Shown: positions 49,500-63,491, counted from the first letter of the stretch. The stretch is DNA of 64,000 nt from Octopus sinensis (GCF_006345805.1 NC_043002.1:65968001-66032000); one strand, 5' to 3'. The notes: generated by a model from the letters alone, not told the origin. A program made the numbers and translations.

Positions 49500-50081
49500 G
49501 AGAATTTGAAGAATTGTCCGATAGTACATGGCACGCTATACAAGATCGCCTAACTATGGTACTATCGTAAACATGAAACTTATAGCAGCTTAATTTAAAT
49601 CATATATATATATATAATACATATATATCATGAGAGTGATAACATCGTTTAAGGACGATTGTCATACGTCCTGTGCATTTGAGGTGCGGATAGGCACTGG
49701 CATCTAACCTTACTTATTATTTTACTACACGTATTATTTATAAACCCAAAAGAGTCGAAACTACTATAGAGTTTCGATTCCCAATCCCGGTTCAAATCAT
49801 TTCTCACTTCATATAATTTCAATTCATGTCACAGATATTTTCAGTGTAAAAAGAAAAATCATAACACTTCCATAGTTCCTTTTATCCCACCACAACCCGT
49901 GAACATTTGTGGTGTCACATCTGGAATCAGAAATTCTCCATAACCGACCTGTGAAACGTAGTTTCGCTTAATCTGTTCCCTGGTTCTAGCTCCCTCTCCA
50001 TACATATATATATATATATATGGAGAGGGAGCTAGAGCCAGAGAACAGATATATATACATATATATATATACATATATATA

Positions 50082-50115
<34 letters not shown>

Positions 50116-50159
50116 GTGTGTATATATATGTATATATATATATAATGTATATATATATA

Positions 50160-50191
<32 letters not shown>

Positions 50192-50553
50192 TTTATTTTA
50201 TAGAAGGAGCTTATGTATATATATACATTATGTATATATATATAAATATATATACATATATATATATACATATATATGTATGTATATATATGTGTGTATA
50301 TATGTATGTATATATGTGTGTGTATTTATGTGTGTGTGTGTGTGTGCGTGCGTGCGTGTGTGTTTAAAGGGATAAAAAACAGTTAGAGATTCTTCTTTAG
50401 TCTGAAGATCGGGAACGGGAAATTCAAGATTCCAGATGTGAAATATCAGCCTTTACAATCATAAAATAAGTCAGCTATTGGCATCGAATACTCTTTTTTT
50501 TTTTAAATTCTTTATATTTATGTTTTTCATATAATCATATATATATATATTAT

Positions 50554-50613
<60 letters not shown>

Positions 50614-50881
50614 GCATGTGTGTGTTCTAAGAAAGAGAGAAAATGTGTGTAACAGAGAAAAATGGAGTGGAGAGACAACGGAACAGAAAGAGATTGACTA
50701 TACCCTCAGAATATGACTGGTACCTATTTGACTGAACCCAGACCTATCAAAAGCAAAGTTAATCCTGATTAATATTTGATCTCCGAATACATGATAAAGA
50801 GTCGAGACGTCCCACCCCAAGCGTAAGGCGATTTATTTCTCACTCGATTGACATGTTGACGCCAGGAGCCAGCACCGATCA

Positions 50882-50969
50882 CTATGAAAGCCAAATGTTC
50901 TCCAAGTAACGTTTTGCTTTTCTTTCTAAGCTCAGCTTGTTTAATGCATGAATGAACATTGTAGTAAAG
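50882..50969 (-). CDS. Putative terminal exon of an unidentified - strand gene
   Basis: Acceptor TTTTTCCTCACAG; (x)FTTMFIHALNKLSLERKAKRYLENIWLS*; AATAAA about 45 nt after the stop. Confidence 0.5.
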
Positions 50970-51069
50970 CTGTGAGGAAAAACAGAACACGACTTCACAT
51001 GTTATTTATTGGTATCCAATAGAACCACAGATTTGTGGTGTGAAGTCAAACTATCTTTCCTACCATTGC

Positions 51070-51100
<31 letters not shown>

Positions 51101-51318
51101 ATGTAAAGGAAGTCGGGAACACTCTGTTCTCCTTCCTCCACTATCTAGTACACAGTGAACGCAGCTGAGTGAGTTTGCGTTCTGAGTTCAAATCCCGCTA
51201 AGTTCAGCTTTCATTCAATCAAGGTCGATAAAATAAAATACCAATCAAATGCTTGAGTCGATATAATTGACTAAAGCCCTCCCCACCCAAAAATTTCTAC
51301 CTTTTTGTCTCCTATATC

Positions 51319-51354
<36 letters not shown>

Positions 51355-51532
51355 TCAGTGAGAGAGCAGCACATGCCATCAAAGTGTTACTGGGGTAAAA
51401 TATACGAAGCCCAGTATACCTATCATGACTACCCGTCTGATAAGGGCACACCAGGCACATGCATCACATCCATATGTGCGCGACATGGGGATCTCATATC
51501 AAGATAAACAGCACATGCCTTGCAGGTGGGGA

Positions 51533-51740
51533 ACTGGCAGAATCGTTGGCACATCGGACGAAGAGCTTAACGGTAATTCGTTTGTCTTCATGTTCTGAGT
51601 TCTAATCCCACCGAGGCTGCCTTTGTCTTTCATCTCTTTCAGAGTCGATAAAATAAGTACCAGTGGAGTACTGGAGTCGATGTAATCGACAGGTCCCTTC
51701 CTCCAAAATTTCAGGCCTTGTGCCTATAGTAGAAAGGATT
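51533..51740 (+). mobile_element. SINE family A (diverged), abutting the truncated 73-type repeat
   Basis: GAACTGGCAGAATCGTT..GAGTCGATAAAATAAGTACCAG..GCCTATAGTAGAAAGGATTATT. Confidence 0.7.
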
Positions 51741-53075
51741 ATTGTTATTATCATCAGCATCATCGCAGGAGTATTTGCGATATATATTTATTAATTCCGT
51801 TTGTAATCTGTTGTGAGACAGTGGTCTTGAGTTCGATTTCCGCTGGTTTCATTCTTCCAAAGTCAGCTAAGTCAATGAAATTGGCTTCGACTGCACCCTT
51901 AAATATCTGTAAGCTTTTTTCAAATGCGCAAAACCACAAAAGGAAAACAAGATAAATATTCCTCAGTTAACTTGCTTTCTTCTTAAAGAAGCGTAGTTGC
52001 TAAACGGATAAAGTGTTGGAGTGCGAGCTCATAAGTTCAAATTTGTTTCGAGTAAGCACTTGCATTTACATTGCTTCACCTCAATTCATTAAAGCAATTT
52101 TGATACCAGTCTTTCCTAGGAACGATAACTGCATTAAACTTAGCAACGTGACTGTAAGGGGAGACTACTCTATGACAGCTATTAAAAACTAAATCTCAAT
52201 ATTGATTGTCACTCACAAAAGAATTTGTCTGTGTATGCGTATGTGCGTGCGTGCGTGTGTACTGGTGTAATGTCGTTATTTAGGAAAGGGTATTCAGCGG
52301 TCAGGAAATTCATATCCTGTCACAGCCACTGAAATTGTATAACCGATACAAGTAGCAACACCAGACAAGTCGTCGAACATTTTTCAACTTTTTTTTTCTG
52401 TGGTTTTGTCCAAATTCACCAAAGCTATAATTAAAGACGTTCCCTCTAGAAACATCGCCTTTCTGGCCTTCATTCATAAGACTTACGCTGTGATTTACAG
52501 GAATTTGGCTGTTGTTTCTAACATATCTATCGGCTGCTAAATGTACCGTTGGTTTGTAACGACGATTTCAATCTCTCTACAGAGTATCTACTAGTTCTGA
52601 AAGATATGAACTTCGCTAAATTTACTTAACCTTACAAACCCTACGAAAACACAGAGTAGAGATCATGTAGTTAATGGCGGTCTCAAGAAGACGTCATCAG
52701 TCACGTGTCCTACCAGATTTGTTATTCATACGTTCTTATCTCCGTTTTCTACATTAACATTAATTCTTTCTGTTAGTTTTCTACAATGTTATAATCTCTG
52801 TCGTTGACATGTTCGTTGTCTGTCCATAGAACAAGTGCAATATTTATTCTCGCAGTGTGGCAAGCGCCTCGGAACGAGATGCAAAAAACTCGCGGTCAAC
52901 TTAAGCCTTTGAGAGCCGGTTTCGATTGTAATTTGAAACCAATTATCTCTTTGCTTACATCACTAATGCTCTTGAGAAAAGCATGAAAGCCACATCATCT
53001 CATTTTTCCTACCTTGTAAATTTATGATCATATACCCAAATAAAAATATTTATTTTCACGCATACACACACAAAT

Positions 53076-53110
<35 letters not shown>

Positions 53111-53439
53111 AACAGATATCACACAGAGAAAATAAATTTCGTATTTTTATACATTTTAACCGATTTGTATATACTGTAATATTTTTCTGGTATTTAATTC
53201 ATTTTCCTTTTTATATTTTTCTTCCTTTTTGTAACAATAAAATCATTCTTAATCGTAAAATAATTGTTTTGTCTCAAATTATTGTGCGCGCGCGTGTGTG
53301 TGCGAACGTATACTCAGTGACTTCTTAAAGTACGGGTACACCGGGCAGTTGCTGGAGGATCTAACGGGTCTGGAGGCCTAATTTTTACCTATGCATGTTG
53401 CGGCTTGCTGTCGGTTAATGAATAGTATAGGGGCCAGAT

Positions 53440-53742
53440 TGGAGGTACACGTTCTAGAGGTTAGAGCAGCAGACTCGCGGTCGAGGGGGTCGCGGGTTCG
53501 AATCCCAGACCGGGTGATGTGTGTGTTTATGAGCGAAACACCTTAGCTCCACACGGCTCCGGCAGAAGGTAATGGCGAACTTCTACTGACTCTTTCGCCA
53601 CAACTTTCTCTCATTCTTTCCTCCTGCATCTAGCAACTCACCTGCGACGGACCGGTGTCCCGTCCAGGTGGAGAACCTATACACCAATGAAATAGGCCCT
53701 AATGAGCCAAGCATGTCGCGAGAAGGAACAAGCAACAACATA
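53440..53742 (+). mobile_element. tRNA-derived SINE family E
   Basis: GGTTAGAGCAGCAGACTCGCGG..GGGTTCGAATCCC..CCTGCGACGGACCGG. Confidence 0.8.
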
Positions 53743-54180
53743 GGACCCAGTGTATTTCTTTTCCCAACAGGGGGGGGGAGTCTATACTGAAGCTAATCAA
53801 TATACGCAGGGCGGTCTTATATCCAGCTCAAGAGAACTTGGGATGTTATTTCACTAAATCCAGCCGCTGGATTCGCTTTGGTTTACTGAAAGGCCACAGG
53901 TGGAGCAAAAATGAAAAGTAAAATTAATATTCTGCTTTAAATCATAAATACAAGGTTAGGCTGCATATGAGAATCCTTTATACCGAATATAAATGGCTAT
54001 GTTTGACAGTCATTTATGGCGACGATAAGTCTCTATTCGTGAAAAGACAGACAGACTGGCAGGCAGGCAGGCAGACAGACATGATGGCTGCCACTCGATT
54101 TCCTGTAATGTCATCACTTTATTATTTTCTGAAACATTGAACAGCGTGGATGTGGATTTTCCGCCCAGCTCAATATTTAC

Positions 54181-54324
54181 GTTCTTTCATACAAATGTGA
54201 CAGCTTCTTGCAATATATGTCACAGTATTGTTTTGGTGAACTTTCATGTGGCGTTTCATTCCGCCTCTGGACTAAGCTATCCTGCTGATGTGAATGTCTC
54301 TTTGAAAAAACTCGAAAAGGATAA
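54181..54324 (-). CDS. Putative internal exon of the - strand gene
   Basis: GTCCATAG|T..AC|GTAAAT, 144 nt, phase 2-2; YPFRVFSKRHSHQQDSLVQRRNETPHESSPKQYCDIYCKKLSHLYER. Confidence 0.45.
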
Positions 54325-55235
54325 CTATGGACAACTAATCCGTAATATCCAGATTATAAATCCACATTTATATCAATAATAATTGATGCTTTTGGTTTTT
54401 GCGAGTAAATACCTAAATGACAATCTCGATACGTTAAGATTTACAGAAAAAGAAATCAAACAATTCGCACATTACAAATACAATATGTAAGTGGAGCAGT
54501 AAAAATATACAAGACTTTTCTCAAGCTTAAAATGCGACATTGTTTTCGTTATCTTCATTCAAGCGAAGGAGCTTTGTATCTTTGTTAGAAACCAGCTCTC
54601 CTTCTTCATAAAGAGAATTTAACAACAGAAAAGAACGTACGTACGTACATACGTGCATACATACGTACATACATACATACATACATACATACATACATAC
54701 AGAGATTTGCTAGGAAAATAATTTACTCAGGGACGCCATCCGCACGAAAAAATATTAGCGACGTTAGAATTAACGTATAAATTCAAGAAGCGTTAAAAAT
54801 AAACGATATTAGACAATGCTTGTTCAGCATACAAATGGAGAGTTTACAGAATGAACTAAAAGCCAAGATGGCCGTAATAAAAAATGCAAGTTAAAGATGT
54901 CAAAAGATGACCAACTCAAAACAGAAAAGCACAAAAGTATATCTGAGAAAAAGAAAACGTCCTGGGAGCGCTCGGAGCGCCTGCAAGAGCAGTTTTAAAA
55001 GCGAAAGATGGAGGCTGCAAATAAAAGAATCGAATAATAAATATTTCTTTTTATCTTAGGAACTATCGCAGAGGTACGTGACTTAGTGGTTAGGCAACTG
55101 GACTCATGGTTGTAAGATTGTGGTTTCGATTCCTAGACCGGGCGTACAAAACACTTCATTTCACATTGTTCCCAGTCCACTTAGGTAGCAAAAATGACTT
55201 ATCCTGCGACGGACGGTCTCCCGTCCAGGCGAGGG

Positions 55236-55266
<31 letters not shown>

Positions 55267-55342
55267 CTTCATGGAAAACCGGCCTTATGTGTCTATATCC
55301 CTTGAGAAAGAACTTTTCTTTTTATACTTTTTATTCATACTA

Positions 55343-55510
55343 GGCGTGGAAGTGACTGTGTGGTAAGTAGCTTGCTTACGAACCACATGGTTCCGGGTTC
55401 AGTTCCACAGCGTGGTACCTTGGACAAGTGTCTTCCACAATAGCCTCGGGCCGTCTAAAGCCATGTGAGTGGATTTGGTAGACGGAAACTGAAAGACGCC
55501 CGTCGTATAC
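55343..55510 (+). mobile_element. SINE family B 5' part
   Basis: GTGACTGTGTGGTAAGTAGCTTG..GACGGAAACTGAAAGA. Confidence 0.75.
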
Positions 55511-55594
55511 ATGTATATATACAGTTAAGCGATGTAAATGCATAGACCCTCCCACGAAATTACTGGCATTGTGCCAGAATTTGAAATCAATATC

Positions 55595-55805
55595 TAAGGT
55601 GGCGAACTGGCGGAATCGTTAGCACGCCGAGTAAAATGCTTAGCGGCATTTCCCAATCTTTACGTTCTAAGTTCAACTTCCGCCGAGGTCGCTTCTACCT
55701 TTAATCCTTTCAGGGTCTACAAAATATGTACCAGCTGAGCAGTGGGGTCGATGTAATCAACGTAGCTCCCGCACATTCCTGGCCTTGTGTCAAAATTAGA
55801 AACCA
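55595..55805 (+). mobile_element. SINE family A (diverged)
   Basis: GGTGGCGAACTGGCGGAATCGTTAGCACGCC plus core remnant. Confidence 0.7.
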
Positions 55806-56468
55806 ATATCTCAACGAGTAACGTTAAAGCGTCGGAATTGGCTCTTTATGTTCTGAGTTCAAATCACACCGAGAACAACTTTGCTTTGCATTCCTCCGGG
55901 GTCAATAAATCAAGTACTAGTTACGAAATAGGCAGGCACGTGCCGTCAGTAATTACTCAGGGTAGGCAGTTGGTGATCTTAACGTAGTAAAACATTTTTT
56001 AAAATAAGCGAAACACAGGCGCACGACTTAGTTGAAGGCAGATCTATTTCTGCCTTTATAGCACGTAAAGAAAACGGTGCTGTAAGAGTGTACGCACAGC
56101 ACGTGTACTACAGCAGTACTATGTGTAGCTTAGATACTGAGATTTAAAGTCAGGGGTGAATTATGCCTACATAATCTACAAAAATATAAAATATTTTGCA
56201 TTTTATGTATAGTAATCAGACTAATCTTCATAATTTTATTGAATTAGGTGCATATTTCGCCATAAAATGTTGCTATCGAACTATTTTATTCAAGGTAGGC
56301 ACTACCTACCTAGGTGGTACGTATTGGGTAATTGATGTTGGCTAAACTATCCAAGTTGCCAGCCTTGTACCTAAGGAATAATTGTTTAACAAATTCAAGA
56401 GCGGGTGCTTAGCAAAATAGTTACAGCATTGGGGAAAATGCCTTGTGGTATTTGTCCCAGTTATTTAC

Positions 56469-56521
56469 ATTCTGAATTGAAATCCCTCGGAAATCACATT
56501 GGCATCTTTCTCTTTCGAAAC
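56469..56521 (-). CDS. Putative internal exon of the - strand gene
   Basis: TTTCATTTTATAG|GTT..AT|GTAAAT, 53 nt, phase 0-2; VSKEKDANVISEGFQFR. Confidence 0.45.
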
Positions 56522-57299
56522 CTATAAAATGAAATACCCGCCAAATACTGGCACTAAAAAAATAAAAATGTTAGCATGTAAGGGAGACAACTCCAGACTT
56601 AACGTGATCTTGGCGCTTTTGCTGTTAAGCACGGATTTTCTGCATTTAGCGATGGTTCAATCATTTATTCCTCCAATAATTTCTCTAGCTGAAAGCATCG
56701 AAAGTTCACAGTTGTAAACAGCGAGAGGATTAACAATAAGTGATTCGTTAAGTTGATATAGACTCCGTCTGACCCATGCAAGTATGGAAAAGTGGACGTT
56801 AAAACATATATCACACACACATATTTATATATAGATATATACATTACTTATACACATGTATGCATACAAACAAAGATTGCATCAGCATTTATAATCAATC
56901 ATATATTTGCATGTATATACACACACACATATAATACATTTATATTCAAGTACATACATCTACACTTGTATGATTATATACATATGCTTGCTTATATGAG
57001 CATGCATCTGTATGCATAAACATATGCATACTTGCACACGCTTATATGTATGCACATACATATACATACACACAACACAGAGTATAGGCATGTGTGCGTG
57101 CGGTTGAGTTCGCTTCCCATACCACGTGGTTTCTGCTTAGGTCATGCTGCATGTCATCCTCAGTGTCTTCTACTAAAGCCCCGATGAAATCAAAACCTTT
57201 GGGTAGATTTGCTAGACAAAGACTAAAAGAAGCCCGTCGTACGCACGTGAGTGTGTGTCTGTGCCTCTTTGTCTCGTAATTGCGTAATATTTATAAACA

Positions 57300-57672
57300 A
57301 GAGTGGCTGTGTGGTAAGAAGCTTGCTTACCAACCACATGGTCCCGGGTTCAGTCCCACTGCGTGGCACATTGTGCAAGTGTCTTCTACTATAGCCTCGG
57401 ACCGACCAAAGGCTTGAGTGGATTTGGTAGATGGAAACTGAAAGAAGCCTGTCGTGTGTGTATATGTGTGTGTGCTTATCCCCCGCAATCGCTTGACAAC
57501 TGATGGTGGTGTTTATGTCCCCCGCCCCATAACTTAGCGGTTCAGCAAGAGACCGATAGAATAAGCACTAGGCTTACAAAGAATAAGTCCTGGGGTCGAT
57601 TTGTTCGACTAAAGGCGGTGCTAAAGGCGGTGCTACAGCATGACCACAGACAAATGGCTGAAAAGAATAAAA
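57300..57672 (+). mobile_element. SINE family B
   Basis: GAGTGGCTGTGTGGTAAG through CAGCATGACC. Confidence 0.8.
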
Positions 57673-57844
57673 GAAAATCGTCACCAATATGCAATCAGCA
57701 GAATCCGTTTCCATACGGTCATAGAGAATTGGTAGCTGGTTTGGAAATAGGTGGTGCTTGGCAGCCTGTAATGCATGTTCAAATAACGGTGAGTCATTTA
57801 GGTTGTGTTCACAACTTCATGTTTACATTTTTCACAGTAAGATT

Positions 57845-58050
57845 CAAATAATTACGGAGATGTACTTGCATAGCAAGTGACCTGATCCGAAATCGTGTGC
57901 TGAAACAAAAACAATTGCAGTGTGGAAGGTGGTTACAAGCCATTTAAAAACACACAAAAACCGTTTGATTCACTTCAACATTTAAATTTAATTTGTCAAG
58001 ATATTTTCGCTTTGAGACCACGACCTGTTCGCTGACAAAGTTCCGTGCTG
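57845..58050. repeat. Second copy of the 8040-8285 repeat family
   Basis: GGAAGGTG..AGCCATTTAAAAACAC..GATTCACTTCAACATTTA shared. Confidence 0.7.
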
Positions 58051-59609
58051 CATCAAATAAGAAATATTGTAGAATCTTTTATTCTTCAAGCTGGCTGACC
58101 GATATTGACTGAACGAGGATCTTGAGACACGAGACTAACAACGTGAAATTCAGCTGTGTAAAACGTCAGCAGGTAGTCAGGCTGAAACCGTGGCTTTGAA
58201 TAGAAAAATGTTCCTAGGTAGAGAGGATAAATATTTCTGCTTGTGGAGCAGCAGACCTGTTCGATCCCCTACTGGGAAGGAAAATATTCAAGTGCAAGGA
58301 CGGCTGTGGGATTCACAAGATGCTTCCCAAACAAACAGTATAGGGCACAGTCTCATTGCACAGTACATTAAGTGTCTTGTACTATAGCTCCAGGCCAACC
58401 AAATCCTTGAGTAGATTTGACAGACGAAACTTAAATGAACCCCCAGCTGTGTATGTGGGTGTTTGTCTCCCCTGGTTTTCACATCGCAACATAGTTGTCA
58501 GCCAAGTGGTGTCCCTTATTTTCAATCTTTCATGAAAAACATGTCGAGCCAAATGGGGAAACTGGTGATATTTGGCAACATGAAGGTCATCTGACCGAAG
58601 AGAATGTACTTCAGCAAATACCATCAAAGCCACTCAAGTACGAAAAAGTGGCAGTTAAATCGATGATAATGATGATACACATAAAAGAGAAAAAAAAAAC
58701 TCTCACACAATAGATCAAGAGCAATAAATACCTAATTTATTTCTTTATCATTAAAGAGATGGGAGGAAAGAAAGAAGGGAGGGTGTAATATACAAAAAAA
58801 AACTTAACCATTAAAGCAGGTTACTGAAAATATTAAGAAATAACAAAAATGAACCAAACAAATCAATATGCAGTCTATGTACGCAGATACAAAGTATGCA
58901 CAAAGTATAATAAAATTAAATATACATACTCTTGAGATATATGTATATACATATATCTATATATCAACAATCAGAAATTCCTCAGAATTCTATTGTTTTT
59001 TTCTTTGTTGTTTTATGTGTCCAAGTGTTTTAAAGAGTTGTTTTAGTTTATGCTTTTAGAGTCATTCTGTAGATTATTTTTTTCTTACTAAGTCCCAGGA
59101 ATTCGTTATCATCATATCTTTTCAAAAAAAAAATGTGTTTGCTTTGTTTTTGTTTTTTTTTTACATCATTATTAATAAAATTAATAATTTGGTAGATCTA
59201 AAAAGATTTTAGTGGTGTGAATAAAAAGCAAAAAAAAAAAGGAAAAAAAAAAGACAGTTTGCTTCTTCATCTCCCAACGCATCGAACCAACCAAACACCC
59301 TTTTTCCGATTTGTTCATAGAAATGTCATACAATTAGTGTTTTTCCTTGTAAAATGTCTCAAATAGTCGTCGGTGACTGTAATGACACAATGCCTAAGCT
59401 ACCTGTTGTTGAATTAAATCCTTCATCTCACCAAAATTACAACTGAACACTGAAATTGATATTTTTGCAGTGATTCCCATCTTGGGTTTGCATTGAAAAT
59501 ACAAGCACCACAGATACTTAAAGACCTTTCTAGGAATAGAAAATCAAAATGGGAACAACAGTTTCATTCACGGCATTTTCTTCAAGCTGATATCTTTAGC
59601 TTTGATAAA

Positions 59610-59640
<31 letters not shown>

Positions 59641-60978
59641 GAGGATCCTAAGAAGTTTTTAATCTGAATATTAGAAGACGTTTTACAATCTAATATTCTT
59701 TGTAAGAGAAATTTTAAACCTAAATATTAAAAAAGGGAACCAAGGAAGGGAAAAGCCATTCCCTGATTTTCAAAATGCATGCCAAATTCTTAAACATAAC
59801 GTGAAAAACCAGGAAAATGGAGGCATACAATGATGTTTTTAGCTAAGAGATTGCATTGTAAGGTATTTGTTAGAATAATTATTTCAATGAAGATATAAAA
59901 TATTTGTTTTACCATAATTACCCTGAAATTGAGAGAAGCAGCAGTAGCTGGAGGGGAAGGAGGTATTATGTACTACAAGGTCAACTGCTAGCTTCCCTTA
60001 ACCATCATTGTTGTTGCTACTACTGTGCTGCAGGTAAAAACTATCCATGGAGACAAAACGAGATGACACTTGACAGCAGTCAACCTGTTGTTCATCTCTT
60101 GTAATGAGTCATCAACTTACCAAACATACAAAAACTATTTTATATATATGTGTGTATATATATATATATATATACATACATACACACATACACACCACAC
60201 ACACACACACACATATATATACATACACATATAGGAAAAAAGGAAAAATTGTTATTCACAAAATCCAGAGTCCCTAGCCCTCATTGAATCACTTCAATAA
60301 ACACACACACAAAGACATTCTTGTACTGGTTCCAGTCTTAACTGCAGCCCTGTTGAGGTACCGTCTTCAAGGGGTTATAAGTAATGGTATTAACACCAGC
60401 AGCTTTTTAATCAATTCTGTCAAACTGCAACATTATGGGACATAAAAAAGGGGCACAAGCAACAGCACCAGTCTTCAGAGTGGTGCCAAAATATAAACGC
60501 ACAGGACTCAGCAAAATTTTCCTCCACCCACTACCAAACTTCAATCACAAGTCATCAGCCAGTCCAAGGCTATTAAAAGATACTTGCCCAAGGTGCAGCA
60601 GTGAGATAAAACCCAGTATCCACATAGCAATGCATACACACACACACGTGCTCACACACAAATTTATATTATATACACACAAATTTATTATATACAAATT
60701 AATATATATATATAGACACAAATTTATATATATATATACTATATATATACACATACATACACAAATTTATATATATTATATACATATGTATATATACATA
60801 CAAATTCAATATATATTATTATATACACCCACACACAAATATAAATATTTAAATTTAAAAAATAAAAGAAAATGCTTTAACAAAATACTACCAATAACAG
60901 TTAAAAAAAAAAGGAATTTAGAGAAGAAATTTTTTAAAAAGTGATTGAAAGAGAAATAGCTGTTTCGTAAATACATAC

Positions 60979-61011
<33 letters not shown>

Positions 61012-62328
61012 TGATATATAAATAACTTCTTTATTTGAATTCCATAGCTATCTTTATTGGGAAAGCATTTCATCCACTATGGTTTGGATTGGTTTCTAAC
61101 ACTAGATTTCCTCATTTTACTTTTCAGATCTAAAAGTCAAAAGGCAAAACTTTGTGAAAGGTCAAGTAAAAAAAAGAAAAATAAATACATATATATATAT
61201 ATATATATACAGATAGATAGATCAATATATATATATCTATATATATTTATATATTAATAATTAATAACTGGTCACTGTCGACCTGACCCGTTACTTTGCA
61301 ACCAGTTTTGGATTTTTGTTGGTTTTTTTTTAAATTTAAAAAAAGGCAACAGGATTTGCAGCTGCTGGTTTTCGGAATTTTTGTCTTAAGCTGTGCTAAC
61401 AAAATGCTGAAAAAACCAGCTATGTAGATGTTGCATACATCCTCATACATTAACATACATCCATATCTACATACATACTAAAAGATCCTGGTTGATTGGA
61501 AGTGTTTTTTAAAGGGTTTTTTTTTCTTCTTTTTTTTTATGGTTTTCAAGCTAACAAAATCTTAACATTTCAGTCAGATGTGAAAGCTTTTAAATTGTAT
61601 ATGTACACCTGTGTATGGTATGTGTGTGCTGCATGTGGCATTTGTGCATCAAGCACCTATGTGAATGGCACACTTATGTATATGTCTGGTATGTGTATGT
61701 GGTGTTTGTAAGTATATGTCCATATATAATCTGGCAATTAGAGTCAATTTGTAGTTAAAAGATGAATGAAATTTATAGTGATGAAGTGAATGATTGGTGG
61801 AGAAGCCACAACTTCCCTGTGGATGATTTTACAGTGATTGAATGGTAATAATATATATTTATACATATATATATTTATACATACATACATATATATATGT
61901 ATAAATATAGCCAGGTCTATTGATCTGTTTTATGCCACCACCTCTTTTGGTGGCTGATGAGAGGAAAAAAATGTTAAAACAAAAATTCAAACAAAACAAA
62001 TCTAGCTTCAACTCCAAGGTTCAACTAAATGAGCAGGCGACTGATTGCGTTCGTATTTCTCCCACATACGAGTATACAACTTTTCAAGATGACTGGCATA
62101 GAGTTTTGTGTTAAACAATGGGCTGCTTGTCCTCGCTTTCCACACTGTTGCTCGCACAGATTTCAAGCTTTAGGAAAAAAAAAGATGGAATAAAGAAAAT
62201 TAAATATGCAAAAATTATTTTTGAAAACTTTCTCACTATTGCAATACAAAGCAAAAGATCAAGACAAAAATTTCACAGAGTATTTAATAAGTTCTATAAA
62301 ATAAAATTTAAAATGGAATTCTCAGTCA

Positions 62329-63491
62329 TATTGGGTCATCCCATAGATAATGTGGATTTTTTTTTTTAAAACCTTTTTTTTTTTACAAAATTTAGATAAA
62401 GTCCTTTTTTAATCTAAAATATACTCTCCTTCATTTCTACCATCTATCTGGTAGACTTGCAAGGCCTCTCTTCCAAAATACACTAGTCCATGACGAAAAA
62501 CACTTCTCCAGTACAGCTGACCTCGTCTACAGAATTCATATTTTTTCCGTCCGAATGATTTTGAAGACTGCAGTATAAATGATAATCAGACGGAGTAATG
62601 GCCAGCGAATATGCTGGGTGGGGCAGCGTCTCCCATTCAAACTGCCCTTTGGAATGTCATCATCGCTGAATGTGGCTGAGCATTACCCTGATGGATGAAC
62701 ACGTTTTGTCTTGAAACCAAAGATGGTCGTTTTTCTTCTAGAGCTGACTTAAGGCCGCTCAAGCTGCTCACAGTAGATCTCCTTTGTTATCATTTGGTTT
62801 GGGTTTAAAATTTCAAAGTGGACTAAACCTTTCATATCTCAAACAGATAATACTTTACATGGGTGAAGACCTTCTTTAGCCTGGAGTGCTGGTGTTTCTC
62901 GTTTCACAACCCAATGTCTTCAGCGTTCAACATTTTTAAAGAGCCCATTTCTTGTCACCAATCACTATTCAGTCCAAAAAGCTTCATTCGTGAGATGTGA
63001 CAGCAAAGGAGAGCACACATTTGCTCTCTGCACACAATTAGATTCAGAAAGTTTGTAAGGAATCCATTGACCCAATTTGCTGGCTCTTCTGAGTGTCGAT
63101 GAATGGTTGAATGACCAAAATCCAAGCTTTTCTGCTAGTTCAGTTACGATGGGATTTTGTTCCACCAGGGTTTGCAACACGTCCTCATCAACTTCATCTT
63201 CTAGGCGTAGTTTCCAGCTTGGAATTTCTGAAACCACAGTTGACACTGGCTTACACTTATTGTCCAATCCTCATATATTGCATGAATATTTCTTGCACTT
63301 TCCATTGCCTGATTGCCTTTATTGAACTCATAAAGCAAAATATGCTCTTTTATTACTTCCATTATAGCTTTGAGAAAATAACATTACTAACTGCTTTTAT
63401 AGCAAGTTGATGCAAGTAGTTTATCCTGTCCCCATCCAACTTTTAGTCCATGCAAGTGAAAAAAACTGCATTATTTATGGATGACCCAATA
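62329..63491 (-). mobile_element. Near-full-length decayed mariner with TA target-site duplication
   Basis: TIRs TA|TTGGGTCATCC..ATA(A/G)ATAATG at both ends; EFNKGNQAMESARNIHAIY..SVSQCQLWFQKF, VEQNP and KLGQWIPYKLSE; frameshifted. Confidence 0.9.

Larger units (their letters stand above)
46177..49601 (+). repeat. ~1.7-kb direct tandem duplication containing the terminal exon (copies 46177-47862 and 47892-49601)
   Basis: GTCAAATGACACCCG at 46177 and 47892; near-identical sequence, with junctions in (TA)n. Confidence 0.95.

Noticed and set aside
54830-55030. Coiled-coil-like peptide MESLQNELKAKM..ERSERLQEQF
   Set aside because: It needs a frameshift, contains stops and has no splice context; at most a decayed fragment.
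57685-57815. Candidate further exon of the - strand gene (..SPLFEHALQAAKHHLFPNQLPILYDRMETDSADCIL), with a competing + strand reading ending at GTGAGT
   Set aside because: Both readings lack a credible acceptor and are sandwiched between repeats; this cannot be resolved without RNA data.
58382-58713. Overlapping ORFs on both strands (KWCPLFSIF.. / EVHSLRSDDL..)
   Set aside because: They partly overlap a SINE B remnant, have no consistent splice phases and show no recognisable homology.
59000-62300. Scattered strong splice-like signals (e.g. 60031, 60120, 60425)
   Set aside because: All tested frames hit stops; the region reads as intron or UTR.
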